Shown here: positions 47,709 to 55,325 of the stretch, piece after piece
Position numbering within the stretch: position 1 is the stretch's first letter
How the letters are laid out: every line of letters begins with the position of its first letter
Virus record (IMG/VR): IMGVR_UViG_3300017755_000007
Location: 1-55,325 of that record
Length of the DNA: 55,325 bases
Strand: one strand, 5' to 3'
Origin: a virus
Lineage: Duplodnaviria > Caudoviricetes
The notes under the pieces: generated by a model
What the model was told of the DNA's origin: nothing
Database searches by the model: none
What the model saw: the letters and a program-made list of their open reading frames with translations, nothing else
Position numbers and translations under genes: made by a program

Positions 47709-49802
47709 TTAGAAGCAACTTGTGTCGTTGATTGAACCTTGATTTGATATATTAGGAATGTCAAGCACTGGGGGTTTAACATTGAAGTCCGTTGGCGTCA
47801 AACTATTTAGTGGGACAGTGGCAGGCGTTGGAGTGCCTACAGGAGAAATTGTAATTGGTGGACTTACAATATTAATGATAGTTCCAGGAGAAGCTGACGG
47901 AATTGTAGAATTGTTAGCAGGAATGAATATGATAGGTATTTTAATTCCACCATCAGCAAAACCAGTACCGCCTGCATCACCACCACCGCCTGCTGTTTCT
48001 GCAATTAGAGGGAAGTCAACAACAGTACCAATTCCAGTACTAACATTAGTAATAATAACTGCATCTGGTGGGAAACCGCCACCATCACCAGTCCAAATTA
48101 TATTAACTGGACCAAAACAAACTTCTCCAGTTTCATAATTAACAGTTCCTGCATTTGTATCTGTATAAATTTTACGAGTTCCTGTATTATAGAACATTAG
48201 CAGATTGCCGAATCCATCATCTTCAAATTGTTGATCAACACCAGGTCTATCAGCAGTTCTAAAGGTTCCTGATACTACTACAGGTTCCTTCTTACATTGA
48301 TTATCACCACCTGTAGAAGTATCAAGACTAGGACCACTATTATAGAGTGGAGATCCTGTAGAAATACAATAAGTATTAGATTCGTCTGTTAAAGATGGTT
48401 CGATATACCTTAGAATAGTTGTTTGAAGTGAAACGTCGGTAATACACTTATTGGCAAGTGTAATTGCTTTTTCAAGTGATTGTGCTCTAAAGGTAGAATT
48501 GAAGTTATTAATCTCGGTCTGAGTTGCCCAATTAATTACGGCATCACTAACATCAGATTTGATTTCTGAAGGATTTGATCCACAACCTGTATCATACAAT
48601 GCAAAGATTTTTGGAACGATGTAAATGTCTTCAGGATCAATAATAATTGGATCTATAGATGCCATTGCATATGGTCTTAGAAGACCTGAAATTTCTTTCT
48701 TTGTTGCATCATTCAATAATGAACCTGTTTTTGTTTTTATAACAATATACACCTTTCCATATACTGGAGGATTGAGTGAATCTCCGCCATATGCAACAAC
48801 AGAGTCTGCATTTGCATAAAGATTTTTTGCTAAGATAGCATAATCCTGAGCAGTCACTGCTCTATATTGAGTTGAATAGTACCTAGGAGCATTATACTTA
48901 ATAGATTCAATTGTTTCTGCAGAGTCACCTTCTAAAGATTTTGCTCTAGTAACAACATTAATCATTGCGCTGGCAAAATTCTGACCATTACTGTCTATAA
49001 GTTTTCCAATAAAACCAAACTTACCACATTCATTTGCTTCTTTTCCAGCAGTAACAAGATATTCAAGTTCGATAACCTCACCGTCTTTTACTGCTCTACC
49101 AACACTATCATCACCAAATCTAATCTCATATCTCATATCTTCTGATTCAGATAAGAAATATGCTCGAGTTGTGGGGGTTACAGTAGAAACAGTTGTTGCA
49201 CGAGTGTAAATATCAAATTGAGTAGATGATTCGTTTGGTTTTACCTGAACTGCTAAAGTACTAGTATCAACATCCTCAGAAGGGACCTTATATATTTGTT
49301 TTGCAAACGTGTTAACAATATAAGAAAATTTAACTATAGTTCCCTCATAGATCGGAATATTACAAAAATCTGCTTCTCCTGAAATAGGATCTACGTTAAC
49401 TGTAACTGCAGTTAATGTATTCCAAATATAATTACATCCTGTAGCTACAGGACCCTTCCTTAAAGTTACTGACTGTGGATATGAACCTTCTAACTGTGTA
49501 GTTTTTACTTTAAAACTAACAATTGCTTTTGATGCCCTAATAGATCTAGGGACATAATTCAATAACTTAGCAATATTGACAACATTGTCTCTTACTGTTG
49601 CTGAAGATAGGAAAGATTCATTTAATGCCATATTAGCATTAAATGAAGTGTAGTATGTATTATACGCTAATAGATCAATAAGATACGACAATGATGAACC
49701 ATCAAAGTCGTAGTCAGTAAATTCATCACGAGTCCTTAAATATGACTTAATCGAGGATCTAATGTCATCGAAATCTAATGCTGTTAAATTGTTTGGTTGC
49801 AT
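47709..49802 (-). CDS. g6: Baseplate wedge subunit (T4 gp6-like), 697 aa
   Basis: LDFD.I...K.YL....FTDYDF.GS.LS.LID.LAYNT, ESFL.SA, RAVTAQDY and YGKVYI motifs. Confidence 0.95.
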   Translation of the reverse strand: MQPNNLTALDFDDIRSSIKSYLRTRDEFTDYDFDGSSLSYLIDLLAYNTYYTSFNANMALNESFLSSATVRDNVVNIAKLLNYVPRSIRASKAIVSFKVKTTQLEGSYPQSVTLRKGPVATGCNYIWNTLTAVTVNVDPISGEADFCNIPIYEGTIVKFSYIVNTFAKQIYKVPSEDVDTSTLAVQVKPNESSTQFDIYTRATTVSTVTPTTRAYFLSESEDMRYEIRFGDDSVGRAVKDGEVIELEYLVTAGKEANECGKFGFIGKLIDSNGQNFASAMINVVTRAKSLEGDSAETIESIKYNAPRYYSTQYRAVTAQDYAILAKNLYANADSVVAYGGDSLNPPVYGKVYIVIKTKTGSLLNDATKKEISGLLRPYAMASIDPIIIDPEDIYIVPKIFALYDTGCGSNPSEIKSDVSDAVINWATQTEINNFNSTFRAQSLEKAITLANKCITDVSLQTTILRYIEPSLTDESNTYCISTGSPLYNSGPSLDTSTGGDNQCKKEPVVVSGTFRTADRPGVDQQFEDDGFGNLLMFYNTGTRKIYTDTNAGTVNYETGEVCFGPVNIIWTGDGGGFPPDAVIITNVSTGIGTVVDFPLIAETAGGGGDAGGTGFADGGIKIPIIFIPANNSTIPSASPGTIINIVSPPITISPVGTPTPATVPLNSLTPTDFNVKPPVLDIPNISNQGSINDTSCF

Positions 49803-50221
49803 TATTCGGGTCTCTGTAAAACAAATTCTATCGTTTCAACAATAGGCAAACCAACGATTTGATATTCAATTGTTACATTTAATCTATTACTATCAAAAAC
49901 TGGATCAACAATCACTTCTGTGAGTGCTACTCTAGGTTCATATTGGTTTATAGTAGTACGAATTTCATCCTCAATTGCATCAGCAGTAAAAGCATCTAAA
50001 GGTTCGAACAAAAGACGATTTACTGCTGATCCCACTAAGGGTTGAAATGGTTTTTCTCCAGGACTAGTTAAAATTAAATTTTTAACTGCCTGTTTGATTG
50101 AGTTATCATTATTTACCACAGAGAGATCATCAGTAAAAGGATTTTTAGAAAAGTTGACTGCAACATCTTTAAAACTTCTAGATTTTTTAAAGGTGTTTCC
50201 ACCTATTGACTTTAACGCCAT
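49802..50221 (-). CDS. g25: Baseplate wedge subunit (T4 gp25-like)
   Basis: SIKQAVKNLILT.PGEKPF.P..GS, LLFEP and YEPRV motifs. Confidence 0.95.
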   Translation of the reverse strand: MALKSIGGNTFKKSRSFKDVAVNFSKNPFTDDLSVVNNDNSIKQAVKNLILTSPGEKPFQPLVGSAVNRLLFEPLDAFTADAIEDEIRTTINQYEPRVALTEVIVDPVFDSNRLNVTIEYQIVGLPIVETIEFVLQRPE

Positions 50222-50247
50222 CTCTCTGACAGTACTTCATACTAATA

Positions 50248-50254
50248 TATTTAT
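50248..50254 (-). promoter_or_regulatory. T4-type late promoter core (ATAAATA)
   Basis: gATAAATAt overlapping the stop of the 48-aa ORF, about 27 nt upstream of g25. Confidence 0.65.
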
Positions 50255-50397
50255 CGCCCTTGTCCACGATAACGCTTTTTAGCGTTATTTCTACTTGTAG
50301 AGGCATACTTAGTATGCTGCCCAGTACCCTGACGAGTTTTTTTGGGTTGACTCTCGATCATGTTATCGCCAGTGAGCGATCTTCTAACTTTTGCCAT
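50251..50397 (-). CDS. Small very basic protein, 48 aa (not in ORF track): MAKVRRSLTGDNMIESQPKKTRQGTGQHTKYASTSRNNAKKRYRGQGR
   Basis: Manual translation. ATG lies 3 nt after the PAAR stop, and the ORF fills the PAAR-g25 gap. Confidence 0.8.
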   Translation of the reverse strand: MAKVRRSLTGDNMIESQPKKTRQGTGQHTKYASTSRNNAKKRYRGQGR

Positions 50398-50400
50398 TAA

Positions 50401-50973
50401 TTAAATTCCTCCAGTTGCCATTCCAATGAATACGTTGATACTTGCCCCAGTTACTACTGAACAACAAGGGAAAGCTGGACTGAAATCCCCTAGAGGATCG
50501 CCAAACACAGATGCTCGTTTCATATTAATGAATACAGACTTTTGAGTTGCAAAGTGCTTTCTAGAGTGTCCTACAGCAGGTTCACGTCCAGCTACCACGC
50601 CTATTGTACACCAAAAAGCAGGATTTGTCACGCAACCTGGGGGACATCCTTTTGGGATACCTGTATAGCACGCTTGATGCGTAGTTGGAGTCGGATGTGG
50701 TGTTAATATATCCTGATCTACGATAGGTATAATTTTATTGATAAACACATTTCTTGCTGCTCCTAAGGGAGTTGCTGGTGCTTGCAGTAAAGGTGGCCAC
50801 AGTGTAGTTGCGTTCATAAGCATCACTGTCTTAGGAACGATTTTTGGGTCTAGAGGTGGCATCGTACAACCAGGTAATACAGATCCACCTAGTCCTGCAT
50901 GGTGTGTAGACCCACTTCCCGTTCCATGACCACTACAAGGTCCCTGATAAAGTCCTGCTGCTCCTGCTGCCAT
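50401..50973 (-). CDS. PAAR-like spike-tip protein (gp5.4-like), enlarged to 190 aa
   Basis: CSGHG N-terminus, two [NS]VFIN repeats, ending GD...C.S.V..AS.NVFIG; located upstream of g25. Confidence 0.75.
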   Translation of the reverse strand: MAAGAAGLYQGPCSGHGTGSGSTHHAGLGGSVLPGCTMPPLDPKIVPKTVMLMNATTLWPPLLQAPATPLGAARNVFINKIIPIVDQDILTPHPTPTTHQACYTGIPKGCPPGCVTNPAFWCTIGVVAGREPAVGHSRKHFATQKSVFINMKRASVFGDPLGDFSPAFPCCSVVTGASINVFIGMATGGI

Positions 50974-50975
50974 AA

Positions 50976-53900
50976 TTAATCTGCAAATGGATTCCCGTAT
51001 TCTTTAGCAGCTCTGACGACTGTTTGAGCTGCTCTAGTCAAATCGTGCCACATTGTGATCTTTCCTTCTGCAGTCCACTCCTGGCATCCTGGTCCCATAA
51101 GAGGTGACATTGTATAAGTTCTGGTTACAGTAGTACTTTCGGTAGAACCAGTAGCTTCATCTGAAGTCGAAGTAGTTGTACTACTATTTGGAGTAAGAAA
51201 TGGTGGAGGACATGCAAAATGAGCGCAACCAATATCCTGTGGTGTACAACTTAATTTTACAGAAATTTCTGTTACATCAGTTGGATCTGGACGAAATTGT
51301 CTAACGATATATTTAGTAAACTTTGAAGCAACTGGTAAATTAGTAAAACTTCCTGCACAACTCTCTACTTTAGTTTCGTTATCTACACGATAATCGGGAT
51401 ATACTTCTTGCGTAACATCATCGATATTATCACTCACAGTTTTTTGAGTTCTAGGTAAATCATCTCTAATAACACCTTTGATATCAAAGGGCAATGGTGG
51501 AAGCGCAGGATCTATAATATATCCCCCATCCAATTCAACATTGTCAAGATAACCTACGTCATAGTTAGGTGTTATAAGTTGCTTCAAAGGATCTGTAACA
51601 TCTGATGTATATTTTTGCTGTGATTTTTGACGTATACTTTCTCTATCAGGATCCATTTTTATATCAATGACTGGTTCTGCACTAATAATTTCACGTTCTG
51701 ATGGTACTGCATCAAAAGATAAATTAAGACCTTTGAATAAGTCTTCAGTTACGGCTGTATACCCTTCATCTGAAGAATTTTGTCTACTTTCAGGCATTTT
51801 AGAAAAAATGTCTCTAGTCTCTTCGTCGTAATCGTCGCGATAGGAATCATTACCAATTGTCTCTCTTTTGAATTCTGCAAAATTGTTAATAATAATCTCA
51901 GGTCTACTAAGATTAGTATATCCTCTACCAGGATTGGTAATTGTAATGTTTGTTACCTTACCGCCAGCAATAGTTGTTGAAATTTTAGCAGGTTGATTAT
52001 CTCCACCATCAGTTTGATCAATTGGTTGGGCATCTACCTTCCCATCATCTTTAGTTAAAATTTTAAACTTTAATTTTTCTGTTGTTAAGATTAACTTAAA
52101 ATCTGGATTACCATCATCCTCACCTTTCTTTGAAAATGCCGTATTATTATCAGTAGGAGCACCAATTCCTATATCAGGCAATTCCTTCATTAAATTTAAG
52201 TTTTCGCCACCAGATGTAACCTCTGAAATTGCAATTTTTGCCCCACCACCAGAAATTGTAACAATATCTCCGTTTTGATACCCAGATCCTGGAGTATTAA
52301 TACGAACAGCATCAACTATATCAGCAATTTCTGAGGCATTTTCATCAAACACCACTGATGTATCAATATCAACGGTAAGACCACTACCATTTCCGCCACT
52401 AGTAGCAACATTATCACCACTTGAGTAACCACTAAGAGGTTGTCCGTCATTCAGAGAGAAAAAACTACCAGTATCCAGTGAATATGCGCCTGCAGAAATA
52501 TTAATATCGCTAATTCCACCATTTTCATTCACAGTAATGAATGCTCGAGGTGTTTTAATGTCACCAAACACGTCAGATGCGTCTTTATTTACGTCGCCCG
52601 TCAAAAATTGAATAGATTTATCCAAAAATTCATACAATCCTACTAAAATTGCGCGATCTTTGATACCATATCCTGCTACAGCAGTGATAATATGTGCTCT
52701 ATTACTGGTATATTGCGTGTCTTTAACAAAATCAGAACCACTACCGTCCAAATAGATGATATGATACGGAAATTCTCCTATCTCAGTATGAAAAGTGCGC
52801 GTAATTTTATGACCATTGATAGTATCATTGGGTCTTAATAGATCAAAACCAGGTACTTCTTGTTGAGAAGGTATATTTCCAACTGCAGTCACCCTAATAT
52901 TGAGTGTTAAGGTTGTTAAAGTATTATCTGGTAGACGATGCTGAAAGGTAATTGGTATTACATCTCCAATAGACCATCCTGTTCCATTGTTTAGAATCTC
53001 TGTTGGGATCCACCGAGTGCCTGAGAACACTGTGGTCGCGCCAGAATCGTCATATATGGGTTCGATACTAAACTTAACTCTAAAGTCAAAAGCATTTACA
53101 CCATCATTGAGATTATAAACTTCAAAATCACTAAATCCTTCATCACCATCTTCCTCTCCAACAGCAGTTTCTCCTTGCCATGGACTTTGTGATGATGTAT
53201 ATGCTATACCTGCATTGTTTGTGGCATCCCATGCATTTACATAGGTCGTCCCATCAAAACTTACCTCAAAACCTATAATACCATCTGGTACTTGTGTGGA
53301 TAATGAATCGTAAGTAAATGCAATCTTATTTGAATCTGTGCCAAATCCAAACAATGTGGGGTGGGGGCAATCAGGATCGCCTGTTAGATCTTCAGTTGCT
53401 GTATAACTTAAAGATGTATTGGCAGTACTACAATTGAATGCTGCACAGGGAATACACCTTGTACTTGCTGCTGGTGTACTTGCACTTGAAGAAGTTGTTG
53501 AATCAAGTCCTGTAGTAGGATCTGTGGTTGTCGTCGAGGTAGTGGTAGTACTATCTTCATCCATTTCCTCAATATGATAACATGCTGTACCTAAATGACC
53601 TGCATCATCACTAGTATCATACACATATGCAAACCACGTATCGGAATATCCATAATCAAATGATAATTCAGTCGGAGTGTAATCTAAAAATATTTCAGAT
53701 ACATCAAAAGAATCCCCAAATCCACCGAAAATAGTAGTGCAATTGTCAGGTTTTGTTACCTTTCCACAATGTGCAGCACCTGGTCCTTCGGGACCATATG
53801 ACACAGCAGTGAATGGATACATGACAGCATCACTACGACGCTTCGGTAAGTTATAAGCTTCGCCTGATGATCTTATAACTGCTTCGGGATATTCAATAAA

Positions 53901-54020
53901 CTCAACTGAACATCCTCCTGGTGCGGGTGGTGTATAATAATAACAATGCTCCTCATTAATAGCAAAACCACCCCCACATGGTCCTTGGTCCTCTTCCTCG
54001 CTAAATTTACACCCTGCCAT
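50976..54020 (-). CDS. Acidic, Cys-rich putative virion protein, 1014 aa
   Basis: Long ORF with the same Gly-rich GSGY/GRGY beta modules as the baseplate proteins; abuts the PAAR gene. Confidence 0.8.
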   Translation of the reverse strand: MAGCKFSEEEDQGPCGGGFAINEEHCYYYTPPAPGGCSVEFIEYPEAVIRSSGEAYNLPKRRSDAVMYPFTAVSYGPEGPGAAHCGKVTKPDNCTTIFGGFGDSFDVSEIFLDYTPTELSFDYGYSDTWFAYVYDTSDDAGHLGTACYHIEEMDEDSTTTTSTTTTDPTTGLDSTTSSSASTPAASTRCIPCAAFNCSTANTSLSYTATEDLTGDPDCPHPTLFGFGTDSNKIAFTYDSLSTQVPDGIIGFEVSFDGTTYVNAWDATNNAGIAYTSSQSPWQGETAVGEEDGDEGFSDFEVYNLNDGVNAFDFRVKFSIEPIYDDSGATTVFSGTRWIPTEILNNGTGWSIGDVIPITFQHRLPDNTLTTLTLNIRVTAVGNIPSQQEVPGFDLLRPNDTINGHKITRTFHTEIGEFPYHIIYLDGSGSDFVKDTQYTSNRAHIITAVAGYGIKDRAILVGLYEFLDKSIQFLTGDVNKDASDVFGDIKTPRAFITVNENGGISDINISAGAYSLDTGSFFSLNDGQPLSGYSSGDNVATSGGNGSGLTVDIDTSVVFDENASEIADIVDAVRINTPGSGYQNGDIVTISGGGAKIAISEVTSGGENLNLMKELPDIGIGAPTDNNTAFSKKGEDDGNPDFKLILTTEKLKFKILTKDDGKVDAQPIDQTDGGDNQPAKISTTIAGGKVTNITITNPGRGYTNLSRPEIIINNFAEFKRETIGNDSYRDDYDEETRDIFSKMPESRQNSSDEGYTAVTEDLFKGLNLSFDAVPSEREIISAEPVIDIKMDPDRESIRQKSQQKYTSDVTDPLKQLITPNYDVGYLDNVELDGGYIIDPALPPLPFDIKGVIRDDLPRTQKTVSDNIDDVTQEVYPDYRVDNETKVESCAGSFTNLPVASKFTKYIVRQFRPDPTDVTEISVKLSCTPQDIGCAHFACPPPFLTPNSSTTTSTSDEATGSTESTTVTRTYTMSPLMGPGCQEWTAEGKITMWHDLTRAAQTVVRAAKEYGNPFAD

Positions 54021-54246
54021 TTTCTAACTCCCCTATTCTTTTATAAACTTCATCAAAGTTCTCTTTTAAATTCATATAATCATCATACCCTTCTGGTTTG
54101 TAGTAAGTCTTGTCTGGTGTGGGTATCTCGCTCACATACTTCTCGACTTCCTCAATACGTTTGATGATTTTACCTAAGCAGTCATTGATTACATTGATAG
54201 CATCTGCAACCTGTTGCTCAGTGATCCCTTGTTGCTCATTCGTCAT
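54007..54246 (-). CDS. Hypothetical helical protein, 79 aa
   Basis: Overlaps both neighbours as in a coupled operon; coiled-coil pattern; YYKPEG motif. Confidence 0.8.
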   Translation of the reverse strand: MTNEQQGITEQQVADAINVINDCLGKIIKRIEEVEKYVSEIPTPDKTYYKPEGYDDYMNLKENFDEVYKRIGELENGRV

Positions 54247-54409
54247 CCTTTGCTTTCCTTAGTGTGAATGCTGTACCATCTTCAGTGATATCATACTCCA
54301 ATTCTGTTCCTACATCCCATCCCAATTCTTCACATGCTTCATATGGTACAGTGAGAATTAAATCACCGAAATCATCTTCTTCTAATCTGGTTGTGAATCT
54401 ATGGGACAT
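54236..54409 (-). CDS. AbrB/MazE/SpoVT-like swapped-hairpin protein, 57 aa (not in ORF track): MSHRFTTRLEEDDFGDLILTVPYEACEELGWDVGTELEYDITEDGTAFTLRK...
   Basis: Manual translation. G.L.LTVP.E..E.LGW..G..LE matches the AbrB-fold pattern, and the ORF fills the gap between the 72-aa and 79-aa ORFs. Confidence 0.75.
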   Translation of the reverse strand: MSHRFTTRLEEDDFGDLILTVPYEACEELGWDVGTELEYDITEDGTAFTLRKAKDDE

Positions 54410-54412
54410 AAC

Positions 54413-54631
54413 TTACATACGATTAATTACTTGGGGATTATTTGTGGGATTATCTTCTTTCCACTCAACCCATAGTGTATATAGATCATCTAATACATGA
54501 GAAGCATAAGATGATGCATAATAGTCTGCACAACCGTACATACGAGGGTCTAGGAATGCCTCTAACCTTATCAATTGCTCTAATGCCCATACACGAGTAT
54601 CTTGACGTTCTACACGGGTCTTAGCATCCAT
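54413..54631 (-). CDS. Hypothetical protein, 72 aa
   Basis: GAGGT Shine-Dalgarno 5 nt before the ATG; first gene after the non-coding region. Confidence 0.78.
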   Translation of the reverse strand: MDAKTRVERQDTRVWALEQLIRLEAFLDPRMYGCADYYASSYASHVLDDLYTLWVEWKEDNPTNNPQVINRM

Positions 54632-54820
54632 TTTTTACCTCAGAAATTTTTTTAGATCCTATGAAATTAATCTTTGAAATAATATAGAACTCGCTCTGGG
54701 GAACCTTTGTAGGTTAGGGTAGTGGCTTGTTTTATATTTACGGGGGCCAATATAACTGCCTAAATGACATTTAACAACTGCCGCTAAGTGTTACTCAAAG
54801 GACCTCCGATTACCTCTGCT

Positions 54821-54850
54821 ATTATACACCAACCTCTGCTGATTTGTCAA
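54821..54850 (-). promoter_or_regulatory. sigma70-type promoter, TTGACA-18 bp-TATAAT
   Basis: - strand TTGACA aatcagcagaggttggtg TATAAT, overlapping the end of the 67-aa ORF. Confidence 0.65.
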
Positions 54851-55025
54851 CTACCTCCCAGAACCATCCGATAGACTTGATGTAATCAAAGGTGGACATT
54901 CTCGGAGTATTTGGGTAGTTATCTCCCCGAGAGTTTCTGATGCCATCGATAAACTTCTCAAGGTCGTAGACACTTACGAATGATGCTCTGAGTGTGTCTG
55001 TGTTGTCGTAGATAATGTATTGCAT
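54822..55025 (-). CDS. Hypothetical protein, 67 aa, probably early-expressed
   Basis: ATG 45 nt downstream of a consensus sigma70 promoter; protein-like composition. Confidence 0.65.
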   Translation of the reverse strand: MQYIIYDNTDTLRASFVSVYDLEKFIDGIRNSRGDNYPNTPRMSTFDYIKSIGWFWEVVDKSAEVGV

Positions 55026-55069
55026 AAGTGGGAAAGATACAAGGTCTGTTTCTGAACCTCTACAAGGTA

Positions 55070-55098
55070 ATTATAACATGATTCTGATAGTTTGTCAA
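55070..55098 (-). promoter_or_regulatory. Consensus sigma70 (early) promoter, TTGACA-17 bp-TATAAT with extended -10 TG
   Basis: - strand TTGACA aactatcagaatcatgt TATAAT. Confidence 0.85.
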
Positions 55099-55258
55099 GT
55101 GCCTCTGTATGATCCTCAGAGGGGAATGATTAGCAATGGTGATGAGAGTATCTCCGAGGTGATTAGAGGGGGTTGACAACTGTTAGGAAGCGTGCTAAGA
55201 CTACAATTAGTGGAGACATTTAGAGAGGGATTAAACACACATAGTAGTTTATTTAATG

Positions 55259-55290
55259 TTTTCCACAATTTCCGCATTATCTGTGGAAAA
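55259..55290. promoter_or_regulatory. Inverted pair of TTTTCCACA (DnaA-box-like) 9-mers
   Basis: TTTTCCACA at 55259-55267 and TGTGGAAAA at 55282-55290, 14 bp apart. Confidence 0.5.
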
Positions 55291-55325
55291 GGTGTTAACA
55301 ACCTGTGGAGGGACTAAATGTATCT

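Noticed and set aside
638-54624. The many + strand ORFs and alternative-frame - strand ORFs of 60-161 aa in the ORF track
   Set aside because: Essentially all lie within or across real - strand genes. They lack convincing RBS or motifs and are the shadows expected from the codon bias of Thr/Gly/Val/Ser-rich genes.
54007-54631. Toxin-antitoxin operon around the AbrB-like gene
   Set aside because: Neither neighbour shows PIN, MazF, RelE or Fic motifs.
54787-54801. Tiny uORF (TTG AGT AAC ACT TAG) after GGAGG on the - strand
   Set aside because: Four codons with a TTG start cannot be distinguished from chance without conservation data.
55116-55301. 61-aa - strand ORF
   Set aside because: Non-ATG start, overlaps the TTTTCCACA boxes and promoter-like elements, and has no protein-like pattern. 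More likely non-coding.
1-55325. tRNAs, introns, inteins, homing endonucleases, integrases or stand-alone auxiliary metabolic genes
   Set aside because: None recognised by eye. Intergenic gaps are mostly too short and the long ORFs showed no intein or LAGLIDADG/HNH motifs. Not tested computationally.

Overview
Late (virion structural) module of a T4-like marine cyanomyovirus (Synechococcus/Prochlorococcus-type phage), encoded almost entirely on the - strand. In transcription order (right to left): a short regulatory region with sigma70-type promoters and TTTTCCACA boxes; four small genes, including an AbrB/MazE-like ORF missed by the ORF track; a Cys-rich 1014-aa protein; an enlarged PAAR (gp5.4-like) protein; a 48-aa basic ORF also missed by the track; gp25; gp6; a 7027-aa gp7-like baseplate protein; a gp9/gp10-like protein; a 1381-aa YHYH-like protein; gp8; a VrlC-like 2528-aa protein; two small coiled-coil ORFs; a 2008-aa fibre in the wac position; gp13; gp14; gp15; gp16; and two genes inserted downstream of g16. 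T4-type late promoters (ATAAATA) precede several genes. The three most striking observations are: (1) helical repeats in gp7 that align by eye with phycobiliprotein beta subunits, one retaining Cys at both chromophore-attachment positions; (2) intact type-1 (blue) copper ligand sets in the two adjacent baseplate proteins; (3) a 548-aa basic protein that looks like a polyprotein of small modules joined by prohead-protease-type sites, with motifs resembling the T4 capsid-targeting sequence. All family assignments are from motif recognition and gene order. No database search was run.
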